NCBI GenBank assembly: GCA_012295275.1
Contig: CM022669.1
Coordinates: forward strand, 9,734,001-9,798,000
Source: Chrysomallon squamiferum
Lineage: Eukaryota; Animalia; Mollusca
Direction of reading: 5' to 3'
Length of the DNA stretch: 64,000 bases
The position numbers and the translations under genes were made by a program. Shown in pieces: positions 14,497 through 25,608 of this stretch (position 1 is the stretch's first letter; each line of letters opens with the position of its first letter). The notes beneath the pieces were generated by a model. That model was not told where the DNA came from. It saw only the letters and a list, made by a program, of their open reading frames with translations, and did no database searches.

Positions 14497-14564
14497 TACA
14501 CACACACACACACACATATACCATTATATACACACAGTATACATGCACACTAACACAAACACCT

Positions 14565-14621
<57 letters not shown>

Positions 14622-14781
14622 GATCACAGATTTTTCTAATTAATTATGCTTACAGTGGTGATCGTTTTGATGTACACATTTTTTTGTCAAAACGCCAAGC
14701 TATTTGCTTCTTATTTCTTTTCCACGCTTTTCATATCTGGCACATGATTTGAATTATAATGCATTTATTATGGAATATTAA

Positions 14782-14821
<40 letters not shown>

Positions 14822-14936
14822 TTTCAGTAAATTAAAAATATAAATAAATAAATAAATAAAAACAGCAGTATTAAATATTTATTAGCATGAATCTGTTATC
14901 TGCTTCAGCATCAGCTTTAGGAATATCATAATCACG

Positions 14937-15874
14937 TCAACGTTGTTGTCGGGTTTTATAATTATATCTTCGTTCTCTTGGAATTCGTCTTTTTTTTCTG
15001 TTTGTTTTCACTATTAATATATTATTAGATTGTTTAACCGAGTGTTTCACTTTATTTTCTGATGCTGAATCTGGGCGCATTGCTTGTTTGACAAACGGAT
15101 ACCGATCTTCCAGAAGATAACACGGAACAGTTTTAATCAGATTCCCGGGTACCTCCAGTTCACGTCTGTGATCGTAATGGTTCGATTTACACATTCGAAT
15201 ATTGAGGTGGACAGAAAGAAACGCTTTGGAGTCTCTGGGAACAGGTAATGACATATTTAAAAATGGCCCTGTTGTCAAAGGAAAGGTTATGGACTTTTTA
15301 AAGCAGAGACTACCTTGCCAAATATGAGTTGCGTTTTCTTGATAAAAGAATACATCAATAAACGGCCATTTCCATGCTCTAGTTTCTATCGGTTCAGAAA
15401 GTTTGGAATAAAACTTCCAGCACACACCGAGCGACCGGTCCAGATAGAAGTCCGGCTTGAGAGAACTGAGAACACTAAACAAATGTTTCTGCTGCTGTTT
15501 TGGAACAAGAATATCGACGTCATCGTCCCAGGGAATAATTCCGTGATGGCGGTAAGATCCTAGAAGACTTCCGGAGTACAGGAAGAATGTAATATTGGCC
15601 CGTTCCATCTCTGAGGCAAATCGTTTTGTTATCAACTGGAAAATTTCTACCTCGCCGTCTGTTATCCTTCTAGTAAATATCTCATCCAGCAAGTATATGT
15701 CTTTTCATTAGTTGTCCTTGTGGTAAAGAACTTACCAAGTAAGTACATGTCATTTTTATTATACACGTTACTGAAAAACAGTTCATACGCCAAACACCAA
15801 ATGGCTGACGTAAACAGAATAAGGCAGAATACTGTTTTTTTTAGGTTTTTTTGTAAACTCGGTGTTTCTGTCAT
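14937..15874 (-). CDS. LicD/fukutin-family nucleotidyltransferase paralog 1 (type II membrane); 1-bp frameshift at ~15702-15705, ~312 aa if repaired
   Basis: ORF 15874-15662 gives an N-terminal TM anchor (VFCLILFTSAIWCLAYELFF). ORF 15692-14937 gives LYSGSLLGSYRHHGIIPWDDDVD and WPFIDVFFY. Adding one A (GAA AA[A] GAC ATA TAC TTG CTG) joins them colinearly with paralog 4. Confidence 0.85.
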
Positions 15875-16099
15875 TTTATGTTTAAAGGTTATGCGTTAAT
15901 CTTCTTTCTTCTTTTGAGATCTCCGTCTGCATTGTCTCTGTAATAAATTGAACTAAGTAGGTAAATAAATAAACATATGTATATAATGAATGTGATGTTG
16001 ATAATGATGATAATGCTGATGACAATAATGATAATAATCAATATATAAATAGTGATGAATATAGTGAAGAGAATGACAACAACATTAACAATAACAGTA

Positions 16100-16910
16100 A
16101 AACTAAAAGTATAGAACAGTCTAGTATAGAATATGCAGTGATGTGCAATGTAGTATAGTATAGTGTAGTATAATGTAATATATATATATATATATATATA
16201 GTTTAATATATATGTAATGTTGTGCAGTCTGGTAAGTAATATAGTGCAATATAGTACAAGTAGTGATGTGTTTGAGCTTAATACAACAGTATGGTATAGT
16301 TTAGTGTGGCATAGCATGGTATAAGTAATGTAGTATATATAGCTTACTGCATGTAGTACCATGTAATACAGTATTATAGTCGAGTACAGCATAGTAAAAG
16401 TAGTGTATAATATATACTGCTGTATGCTTTATATAGTGTAGTGTAATACAGTTTGGTGTAGTATAGTACAGTGTAAAATAATGCATGTAATATAGTGTAT
16501 ATGTATGTAGTGTAGTGTAATGTTGTGAGTGTTGTGTAGTATTATACAGTGTATATAATGTATGTAGTAAAGTGTAGTGTAATGTTGTATAGTATAATAT
16601 ATCATGTAATGTTGTGCAGTATTATAGTGTATATAATGTATGTTATAAAGAGTTGTGTAATATAATCTGTAGTATTATAGTTTAGTGAAACGTAGTGAGT
16701 GTTGTGTAGTATTATATATATAATGTATGTAGCATAGTATAGTGTAATGTGTTATATTATATAGTGTACTGTAATGTAGTGAGTTGTGTAATATTATACA
16801 GTGTATATAATGTATGTAGTATAGTACAGTGTAATATTGTGTAGTATTATACAGTGTACATAATGTATATAGTATAGTGTAACATAATTTAGTGAGTGTT
16901 GTGTAGACAT
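16100..16910. repeat. Degenerate (TAGTG/TAGTA/TAATG)n pentamer satellite upstream of LicD paralog 1
   Basis: Visible 5-mer periodicity. It yields the spurious Tyr/Thr/His/Ile-rich ORFs in the track. Confidence 0.8.
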
Positions 16911-18485
16911 AAAAATTGATCCGCTTCCAGTTATCAGGAGCATTGTGACTGCAGCTCCATTGTGACTGCATTGTTAGTGTTATTATGTTCGAGGTCACAA
17001 CAAGCAGTGATTCTTACATTAACCCTACTGAAAACACTGACTGATAAAGCGTAATGTAGTTCAGTGCGCTGTAGCTAGTGTAGCGAGATATACATTGATG
17101 TGATGGTATTGTAATGAGATTTAAAGAAGGGAAATACCACTGGCTATAGATATGCCCACTCATATATACATTTTAGGCTTTGCTTTCATTTTAACTATGC
17201 TAATGTTAGTTGCAAATAATTTAAGAAGCATCATTTGTCTTTCTAAAACATCTCAGTGAAATGTAAAATTAGACAAAGTTAAGATTTTCAAGGATTTGTC
17301 TATTTTTTATTATTTGTGTTGATTTTTGAAAAATAAATTTGCTTTACGCACCTAAACACACAAACATACACGCACACACGCACTCACACAGTCAGTCTTT
17401 TTATTTCTGTTGTTTGCCACTGTTTTAGAGCAGTGTTCAGTTTTCACTTTATAAAGAATAAGATTTTTTTTTTTTTAAAACATAACCTATCCCCACAAAA
17501 AAAACACAAAAACATTAGGTTTATATTCTTTTTATATAATGAAAATTAATTTTGTCATTATTTAGATATTATGGAATACATAGAATACAAATATAAATAA
17601 ATAAAATTTGAATTGGAAGCCAAGTTGATAGATAGTTGTGAATGATAAGCCAGTCTCATTAAGTCGTTTATCATCCGTAAACTGACTTCATTAGCCAGTC
17701 AAAATTCGAGTTTTTTGCTATAGTCCTGGTAGAACAGAATTTCTTCACTCATTACTGGTATCGCATATAGTAACTCTCCAATTAATGTTTTAACATTTCA
17801 TTTTATTTTTCAATATTATACTTCGCAAAACGAACGCGTTTTAGGCCTGATCTACGATACTTGATATTTTGCACCAAGAAAAAAAATCCAACAAAACATT
17901 TCAAACGTCATTTATTTTGCTGATTATCGTCAGTTATGAATTTATTTTTTTGTTGAAAATATAATCTAAACAAAGTAATTTAAATCAGGTCTTTTCGATT
18001 TATTTATTTATTTAAAAAAAAAAAAAATAAAAAAATAAAAAATAAAAATAAAAAAATAAAATAAAATAAAACGGCTTTCTGTATTAACATACAGTGAATT
18101 GTGTTAACACACTGATATCTTGTAAGAAACACTGCACAATTTAATGAAGCGATAATTATTTTTTTTTTAAATGACTTTCAAGATGAAGTCCCAGCCTCAC
18201 CAGAAGGTTAACCCAAACAATGACCAGTCGCATTTTGCTTCTTCCAGTGGCCTCATGTCGTGACGTAATGAAATTGCCTAAAATCTCCTGATTTTTATTT
18301 TTTGTTTTGAAAGATGGCATAATACACATTTGTAATATTACAAAAAGCGACAAACAGTATATAAAAAAAAAAAAACATGAAGATAATCAAAGGATATTAT
18401 TACTATCTAACCTTAAAATACTAATACTAATACTACTAATAATAATAATTATAATGATGATGATAGTAACTAGATAATCAAACAA

Positions 18486-19316
18486 TTAGTTAAGCTGTTT
18501 CTCTTGCTTTTGCTCTTGCTCGCGTTTCACAAACTCGTATCTAGCAGAAAGTTTCTGACACAAAACACTTCTTTGATACTTTAATGGAATGCTTGTTTCT
18601 TCTTTGTGATCGTAAGAGTTGGTTTTACACACGCTAACGTTGATGTATGTCGAAATGACAGCAAGCGGGTCTTTGGGAACTGGCAGCGTCATGTTCATAA
18701 ACTTTGCCTTACCGAGTGGAAAAACGATGGATTTATTGTACAGAGTCAAATTAGACCAGTGAATATCACTGTCCCAGATGTACGAATCATTTTCCAAATA
18801 AAAACTGATGTCTACGAAAGGGAACCACCACGAATACGATGTTATGGGTTTTGAAAGAAATGAGTAGAATTTCCAGCGCTTTTCATCAGGTGTTTTCAAG
18901 AAAAATGACGGCCTAAGATTGCAGAAAGCGTTAAACATTTCTTTTTTTTTGCTTTGCGGTACCATCACGTCAATGTCGTCGTCCCACGGAACGACGTCCT
19001 CGTGCCGATACGATCCTAGAAGGCTTCCAGAATACAGGAAAAAGGTCACATTGGCGTCCTCCATTCCATCTGCAAATCGCTTTAAAGCAAAGCGGGCTGC
19101 TATGTTCTCTCTCATGGTCATTCTTATAGAAAACTGTTTCATATATTTTCTGTCATTCTTTTCCTCATTAATCACCTCAATAAAAAAATTAAAATAAGAG
19201 ATTATGCTAACAGATAGGACGAGCAAAAGGAGAAAAATTGGATTATTTAACGCTCTCCAGTTAAAATTTCTGACACCTTGCGCAGTCATAGTTATTCTTC
19301 TACGTATTCTGCACAT
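18486..19316 (-). CDS. LicD/fukutin-family nucleotidyltransferase paralog 2, 276 aa, intact
   Basis: Basic N-terminus, TM segment IFLLLLVLSVSIISYFNFFI, LYSGSLLGSYRHEDVVPWDDDID, WFPFVDISFY, and the C-terminal C-x(2)-N-x-YDH motif shared with the other paralogs. Confidence 0.9.
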   Translation of the reverse strand: MCRIRRRITMTAQGVRNFNWRALNNPIFLLLLVLSVSIISYFNFFIEVINEEKNDRKYMKQFSIRMTMRENIAARFALKRFADGMEDANVTFFLYSGSLLGSYRHEDVVPWDDDIDVMVPQSKKKEMFNAFCNLRPSFFLKTPDEKRWKFYSFLSKPITSYSWWFPFVDISFYLENDSYIWDSDIHWSNLTLYNKSIVFPLGKAKFMNMTLPVPKDPLAVISTYINVSVCKTNSYDHKEETSIPLKYQRSVLCQKLSARYEFVKREQEQKQEKQLN

Positions 19317-19970
19317 TTCTGTAGAATTTTACTGAACAGAAAGCAAATCAGAACGAAATTAATTTAAGAACCTGTTTCGAGGTCATACGTTAGACGTTCT
19401 CACTTTACGAACAGTTAAAAGTAAATAAAATCCCGCGATATATGATCAAACGTTTGTACTCTGTTACTTCTCTTTCCACAGAAATATTAATTAAAAAATT
19501 CTAATATTTTTAGCCATACATTTACACATATGAATATCCTTTTCTTGCACAGCCGTCATGGCGGCCAGTGATGTCATAAGCCACGTGATTTAAGTCCCCC
19601 TTCCCACCGACCCATTAATTTGCGTTCACGGCAAAATGTGACACAGGGATTTCGAAGTATTATTTCTGCAAGTCATACTTTGTAATAAATAAATAAATAA
19701 ATAAATAAATAATCAGTCAACCAAATCAAATCAAATTATATGTATGTGTATGTATATATATATTAATAATAATACACAGCATAATATATTGCTTATAGCG
19801 AAGTTGTTCATATAAAAAATTATCAACATCGTCATCATCATCATCATCATCATTACATTATTATTGTTGTTGTTTTTCTACCACTAGTATTACTATTACT
19901 ACTGCTGCTATTACTACTATTAGTAGTACTACTACCACTACTACAACTATCATCATCATCATCATCGTTC

Positions 19971-20015
<45 letters not shown>

Positions 20016-20685
20016 GAATATTACCTTATTTCAAGATTTTATTTCCCACGATTTGATCCGCAGTATAGCTCCGTTATCGTTATAATTTATTTTCCTCGTT
20101 TTATTATTAATTTTTTTTTTAATCTCCTGCATTTTAATTATTTTTGTTAAACGTTTTTTTCCCCCCAATATGCATAACTTGAATGTAGTAATAATATGAT
20201 GCATAACCTTCAATTAGCAAAACTGTATGCCGCAAGAAAAAATAAAAAAAATAAAATAAAATAGTTTAGTGGTTATAAAGGAATGCTGGAACCAGATGTA
20301 TTTATAACATCTGGTGCTCAATATATAGTGTTATTTTTAACAAATAATGATGATTAAATAAATAATAGTCTTGAAACTGCCAGTACTTAATGCAATAAAA
20401 AATTTATATGTCTATATTTATGGTCTGTATAATCATTTCGTTGATTTATTTAATTATTTTTTTATTTTATTTCATTTTATTATTTTTTTTTTATTATTAT
20501 TTTTTTGTTTTGTTTATTAATTTTATCTTTTTTATTTTTTTATTATTTTATTTTATTATTTTGTACTTCTTTTAATTATTATTTCATTAATACTGGTGGT
20601 TGGGCTTTTGTGACAAAAGGTAAAAAAAGAAGAAAATGTATCATTTTTGCTTTAAAATTATTAATATCCCACGCGCACGCACGCA

Positions 20686-20724
<39 letters not shown>

Positions 20725-21034
20725 CACATACATATAATAATTACGTACAGACGCGTGTGCGCGTTTGTGTGTGAAATTAATGTTTGAGTAGTCGAGGCTC
20801 ATTAGGCATTCCGGTTGTGACGTATTTGATGACGTGACTACATTCTAACATGGCGGATATTTACAGTACTTAGATGAACAATGGCTTCGCTCAATACTGA
20901 GATTCTATATCTATACACAAAGCTCTCGATTTTTCGTGTGAATACTCCTTTAATGATATTTGCACAATCCTGTGTTGAAACATGTGTCGCTGTTTGTACA
21001 TACGTAAGTATGGATGGATGGATGGAAGCGTGGA

Positions 21035-21092
<58 letters not shown>

Positions 21093-21405
21093 AGTGGGTT
21101 TGGGGGGGGGTGTTTTTGCTGATGATATGACGTTCTAAATATAATTCGATTTCTCGTTATCGAGCTGGTTTTCATAACTTGATAATACGTAGCAGCATGT
21201 TCGTCTATTGGCCACCAATGTTCTTTCCTATATGATCACATGATCACACTAGTTAACAAACTACAGAGATACCGACCCAACAGATAACCGCATATTACTT
21301 TAATTTTAAACTGATAAAATGAAAAAGACAGTTCTGTAATTTTTTCCATGTTGTGTTACGATTTGCCTCCCTTTATGGTAGTGGCATAGGTGGGTAAATT
21401 ATTAT

Positions 21406-21486
<81 letters not shown>

Positions 21487-22046
21487 GATACAGTTACAGA
21501 CGATAAAGAAAGATGTTGGAACAAATAAAGATGTTCTTATCATTCTTTTACGAAGAACTGCAATTTGTTCAGTGAAAGAAAATCTGTACATGAGAGAAAC
21601 AGCTCATTTATAATAATATTTACTAGCCGGTCTCGCCTTTCCTTCAAATTGCCAGTATCCGAAACAAAATAAATCTTATCTTCAGCCATTCCGTTTCTAG
21701 TGCGAAACGATTAGACGTCTACATTAGAGTTGTCTGCTCTTAGCGAAAATAACTCTCAGTTTCTAAGAGCAAAGAAAATTTATTTTATTACTGCTGTAGC
21801 TGTTTATTATTATTATTATTATTATTTTTTTTTTATTATTATTATTATTATTATATAAGGAATTGTTTTGTTTTTTTGTTTTTTTACTGATATGTAGTAG
21901 TTGTGGTAAGTATCAACACAGAGATTCTTTAATTAATTAATTAATTAATTTATTTATTTATTTATTTCCTGTCGTGTAATTTTGATTCGATTCTTTTCAT
22001 TTCATTTATTTTATTTTAATTGTTTATTTGTTAATTCATTTTACTT

Positions 22047-22127
<81 letters not shown>

Positions 22128-22564
22128 GATTATTTCTCTTTCATATCTCTAATTCACACACACGTATATTGAGACTGCTGACGGTTTTCTCGTGTTTAAC
22201 CCTATCAAAATCATTAATCGAAATCGAAAGGAAAAAAGGAAAATAAAAAAAAAGGTTATAATAATAATAATTAAAAAAACAACAACAACAGCAGCAGCAA
22301 TAGTAATAATAATTAAAAATGAAAATTATAAATAAATAAATAAATAAATAAATTTTCTGCCATTAATTCGCACAAACTAAGCAAGAGATAAAACTGCCAG
22401 TTAACAAATTATAAAAATGTACGCCTTCGTCTCGGTCATGAAAATTGCACTTAGCAGCTCTGAGTAAATTTCCACAAAAAAAAAAAAAATTAAAAAATTA
22501 CAAGGCGATAATTAAATCAACAATTACCATTGGCTCATTCAAAAAGTTAAACTTTTTTTCTTAT

Positions 22565-22602
<38 letters not shown>

Positions 22603-22838
22603 GTGTGACTGGTGCTGGAAGTTTTCTACTTAGTTCAAAATTATCAAAAATTAACAGTCGCTGAGCCAATAAATATCTTTCACCGAATGGTGGAATGGTG
22701 CTTCGCAGGATCGATTCTTGTAGGAGTGAGAACAGAACTAGTAACCGTTCCATTCCGTCATACACACTGGTTTATGTGAAGCTGCGGTACGTACTCTCGT
22801 GTTTATGAGAAAGAAAATAGAAATTACCCCCCCTCTCT

Positions 22839-22951
<113 letters not shown>

Positions 22952-22964
22952 TTCACTCACTCTC

Positions 22965-23035
22965 GTTCACTCTGAACGCCAGACGGTCAAATATCTCATC
23001 CCATAATTGAGATCTGACACTGATAACAATCGCCT
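22965..23035. repeat. Short dispersed repeat copy A, next to a (CT)n(CA)n tract; possible SINE 3' end
   Basis: CTCTGAA.GCC.GACGGTC...TCATCCCATAATTGAGA.CTGACACTGATAACAATCGCC is shared with 28565-28623. Confidence 0.65.
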
Positions 23036-23719
23036 CATACATACGCGTCCAGACACACATACATGCATGTAGGTTACACAGTGCTCAAGATATGCATTAA
23101 TATGTTTTTAATGTAATTTACGAGTCTAATCTCTGAATTATTTATTAACTAGAATTAATCAGTCTGTGTAATGAAGAGATATTTTAGAAGAGTTAATTAG
23201 TACAAAAATTACACAAGAAAAGTGATTTAAGGGAAAGCACTTATTATGTGCCGCCATTCGCTTTGAAGTTACGTAAATACTAACTTCCTGATCGTGTTAA
23301 AATTTAATCGTGTTTTAAATTATATGTTTGTTTGTTTGTTTGTTTGCATGTGTGTATTTAACAACAATAACAACAACAACAAAAAAGAAAGAAAAGAAAA
23401 CGTTTTTTTCTTCACTAGTTGCTATATATATTTTAAAATAGATAATATATATCAGGTACAAATAGCGAAAACAAATAATTATTTTTTTTTAATTTATTTA
23501 TTTTATTTAAAAAAAAAAAAATGAGGACTATTAACCATTTGCAAAAAAAATAAAACCACACATTTTTAAATATAATTTTTTTTATAAACGTTGGACAAAA
23601 TATCATTTTGTATTTTATGTGCATTTTTGGTCTTATGATTCAAACAATTATTCGAGCATAAAACTGTTCCCTGAGTTTTCAAACTTAACGGAAAGTATTT
23701 TCCAGGCAAATGTCATCAT

Positions 23720-24816
23720 TCAAGAGTTATCGTTCCTTCGAAAGAACCAGTTAATTATGTGATTATTGTGTTCTAATGTTTCGTTCCAACCGTTGGGTAG
23801 AGCTCTGTGCTTCACAAAAGAAAATGTGTTGTGCAGCAAGCTACAGGGAATGGATTTATAATACATGCTGGGAATTTTCCCTTCTAATTTGTGATCGTAA
23901 TGGTTCGACTCGCACAATTCAACATCGTAATTCGTCGAAAGAACAACATCGGGACGCCTCGGGCGGGCAAAAGCATGCCCATGAAGGGTCGATTGGCGAG
24001 AGGAAAGACGCTGGATTTCTCATACATGAAGAGTTTTTTAAACTTTATATCGCTATCCCAAATGTGGGTTTTGTTTTCAATGTAGAAACTGATGTCGAGG
24101 AACGGCCAGCTCCAAGTATGTTGACGAATAGGTTTGGACAACACGGAATAAAATTTCCACCGCCGTTTCTGTTTTATGTCCAAGAAAAACGAAGGTTTGA
24201 GATCGGACAGTATTTTGTACAGCGTCTGTCGTTGTGAAATGGGAACGACAATGTCGACGTCGTCGTCCCACGGGATTATTCCATGATGGCGGAAGGAACC
24301 CAGCAGACTTCCGCTGTACAGGAAATATGTCACGTGATTATCTTCCATAGCCGCAACGAACCGGCTCAGTATCTGTTTTAAAATCCTTAGGTCTCGTTGC
24401 GTCATCTTCTCGACAAAGGCATGCGAGTCTCTCACTGCTCTGACCTTGTTTCTGAAGGTCATGTTATGCCGAGGCATGTTTTGCAAGGTTACGCGGTGAT
24501 AAGTGTTTTCCACGTCATCAGACTTGTATGTTTCAGCTTCAGTTACAGGTGTTAATCGTCTAAGAAACGAGCTGGAATTTTTATGAAGTGGTGTATCGTT
24601 AAAGAGCAATACCGGACTCGGCTTTCGTTCCGTGAAAAGTCTCGACGGTGGATCTGGCAATCGCTGTAAACTGATGGGACATCTGAAGCGTGAATCGTTA
24701 ACGAAGTACCTCTTATCTCTATTACCCCACCACGAGTACAGAAACACGAAATTTAACATGAGGAGTAGAAAAACATAGACGAACGTTTTGCCACTTAACA
24801 CACTACACTTTACCAT
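23720..24816 (-). CDS. LicD/fukutin-family nucleotidyltransferase paralog 3; 1-bp frameshift at ~23961-23963, ~365 aa if repaired
   Basis: TM segment FVYVFLLLMLNFVFLYSWW, a long stem, LYSGSLLGSFRHHGIIPWDDDVD and WPFLDISFY. The conserved C-terminus (CESNHYDHK..SIPC) lies in the adjacent frame (23917-23720). Adding one C (GCC [C]CG AGG CGT CCC GAT) restores LPAPRRPDVVLSTNYDVELCESNHYDH. Confidence 0.85.
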
Positions 24817-25395
24817 AATTTTGAATTTCTAAACTTTTTTTTCTCTCTTTTTCTTCTTCGTAAAAAAAAAAAAAAAAAAAAAAAATAAATGAAATCAGTC
24901 TTCGTCTCACACCTGTTGAAAAACTTCGTTCTCTCCCTCTCCTCTGTTTTGTCGTTTAGCAGAAGAAAAAAAAAAGAGGAAAAAAAGAACTTGTGCCACT
25001 GCACAGAAAAAACAGTTTGCAAGTTCTGCGTCAGTTATTTAAGCCTGATCTCTTCAAGGATGAATGAAATCTGTCAAAATCGACAAGTTTCTTGTTTGTA
25101 TTTTTTTTTCTCTCTCTCTCTCTCCACTTCTTTTCCTGCTTAATGTAAAAAACAAACACAACTGGAAGGATTGATATATAACAACTCTCACATGTGCCAG
25201 GGACGACCTGGCTACAGAGAAATAGAAAATCACCAACATTCACACGAGTCTTCGTGCCACATGCAAGTAAAAGATCTCCGAGAGACACAGATTTTGTTTC
25301 ACAGATGTTGATACGAAGAGAACAACTGCTTGACGGCTTTATTGTTTATGGGTATCAATTAGAGAGATTTTTCTTATTTTTTTCTTTTTATTATG

Positions 25396-25465
<70 letters not shown>

Positions 25466-25510
25466 CCTAACTTAATCTTTATTTAGTTATTATTATTATT
25501 TTTCAAAAAT

Positions 25511-25542
<32 letters not shown>

Positions 25543-25573
25543 TATTAATTTATTATCATTATTTTTAAAGTTG

Positions 25574-25608
<35 letters not shown>

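Noticed and set aside
15695-15712. Programmed -1 ribosomal frameshifting as the explanation for the LicD frameshifts
   Set aside because: Neither site has a canonical slippery heptamer, the two shifts are at unrelated positions, and paralogs 2 and 4 are intact.
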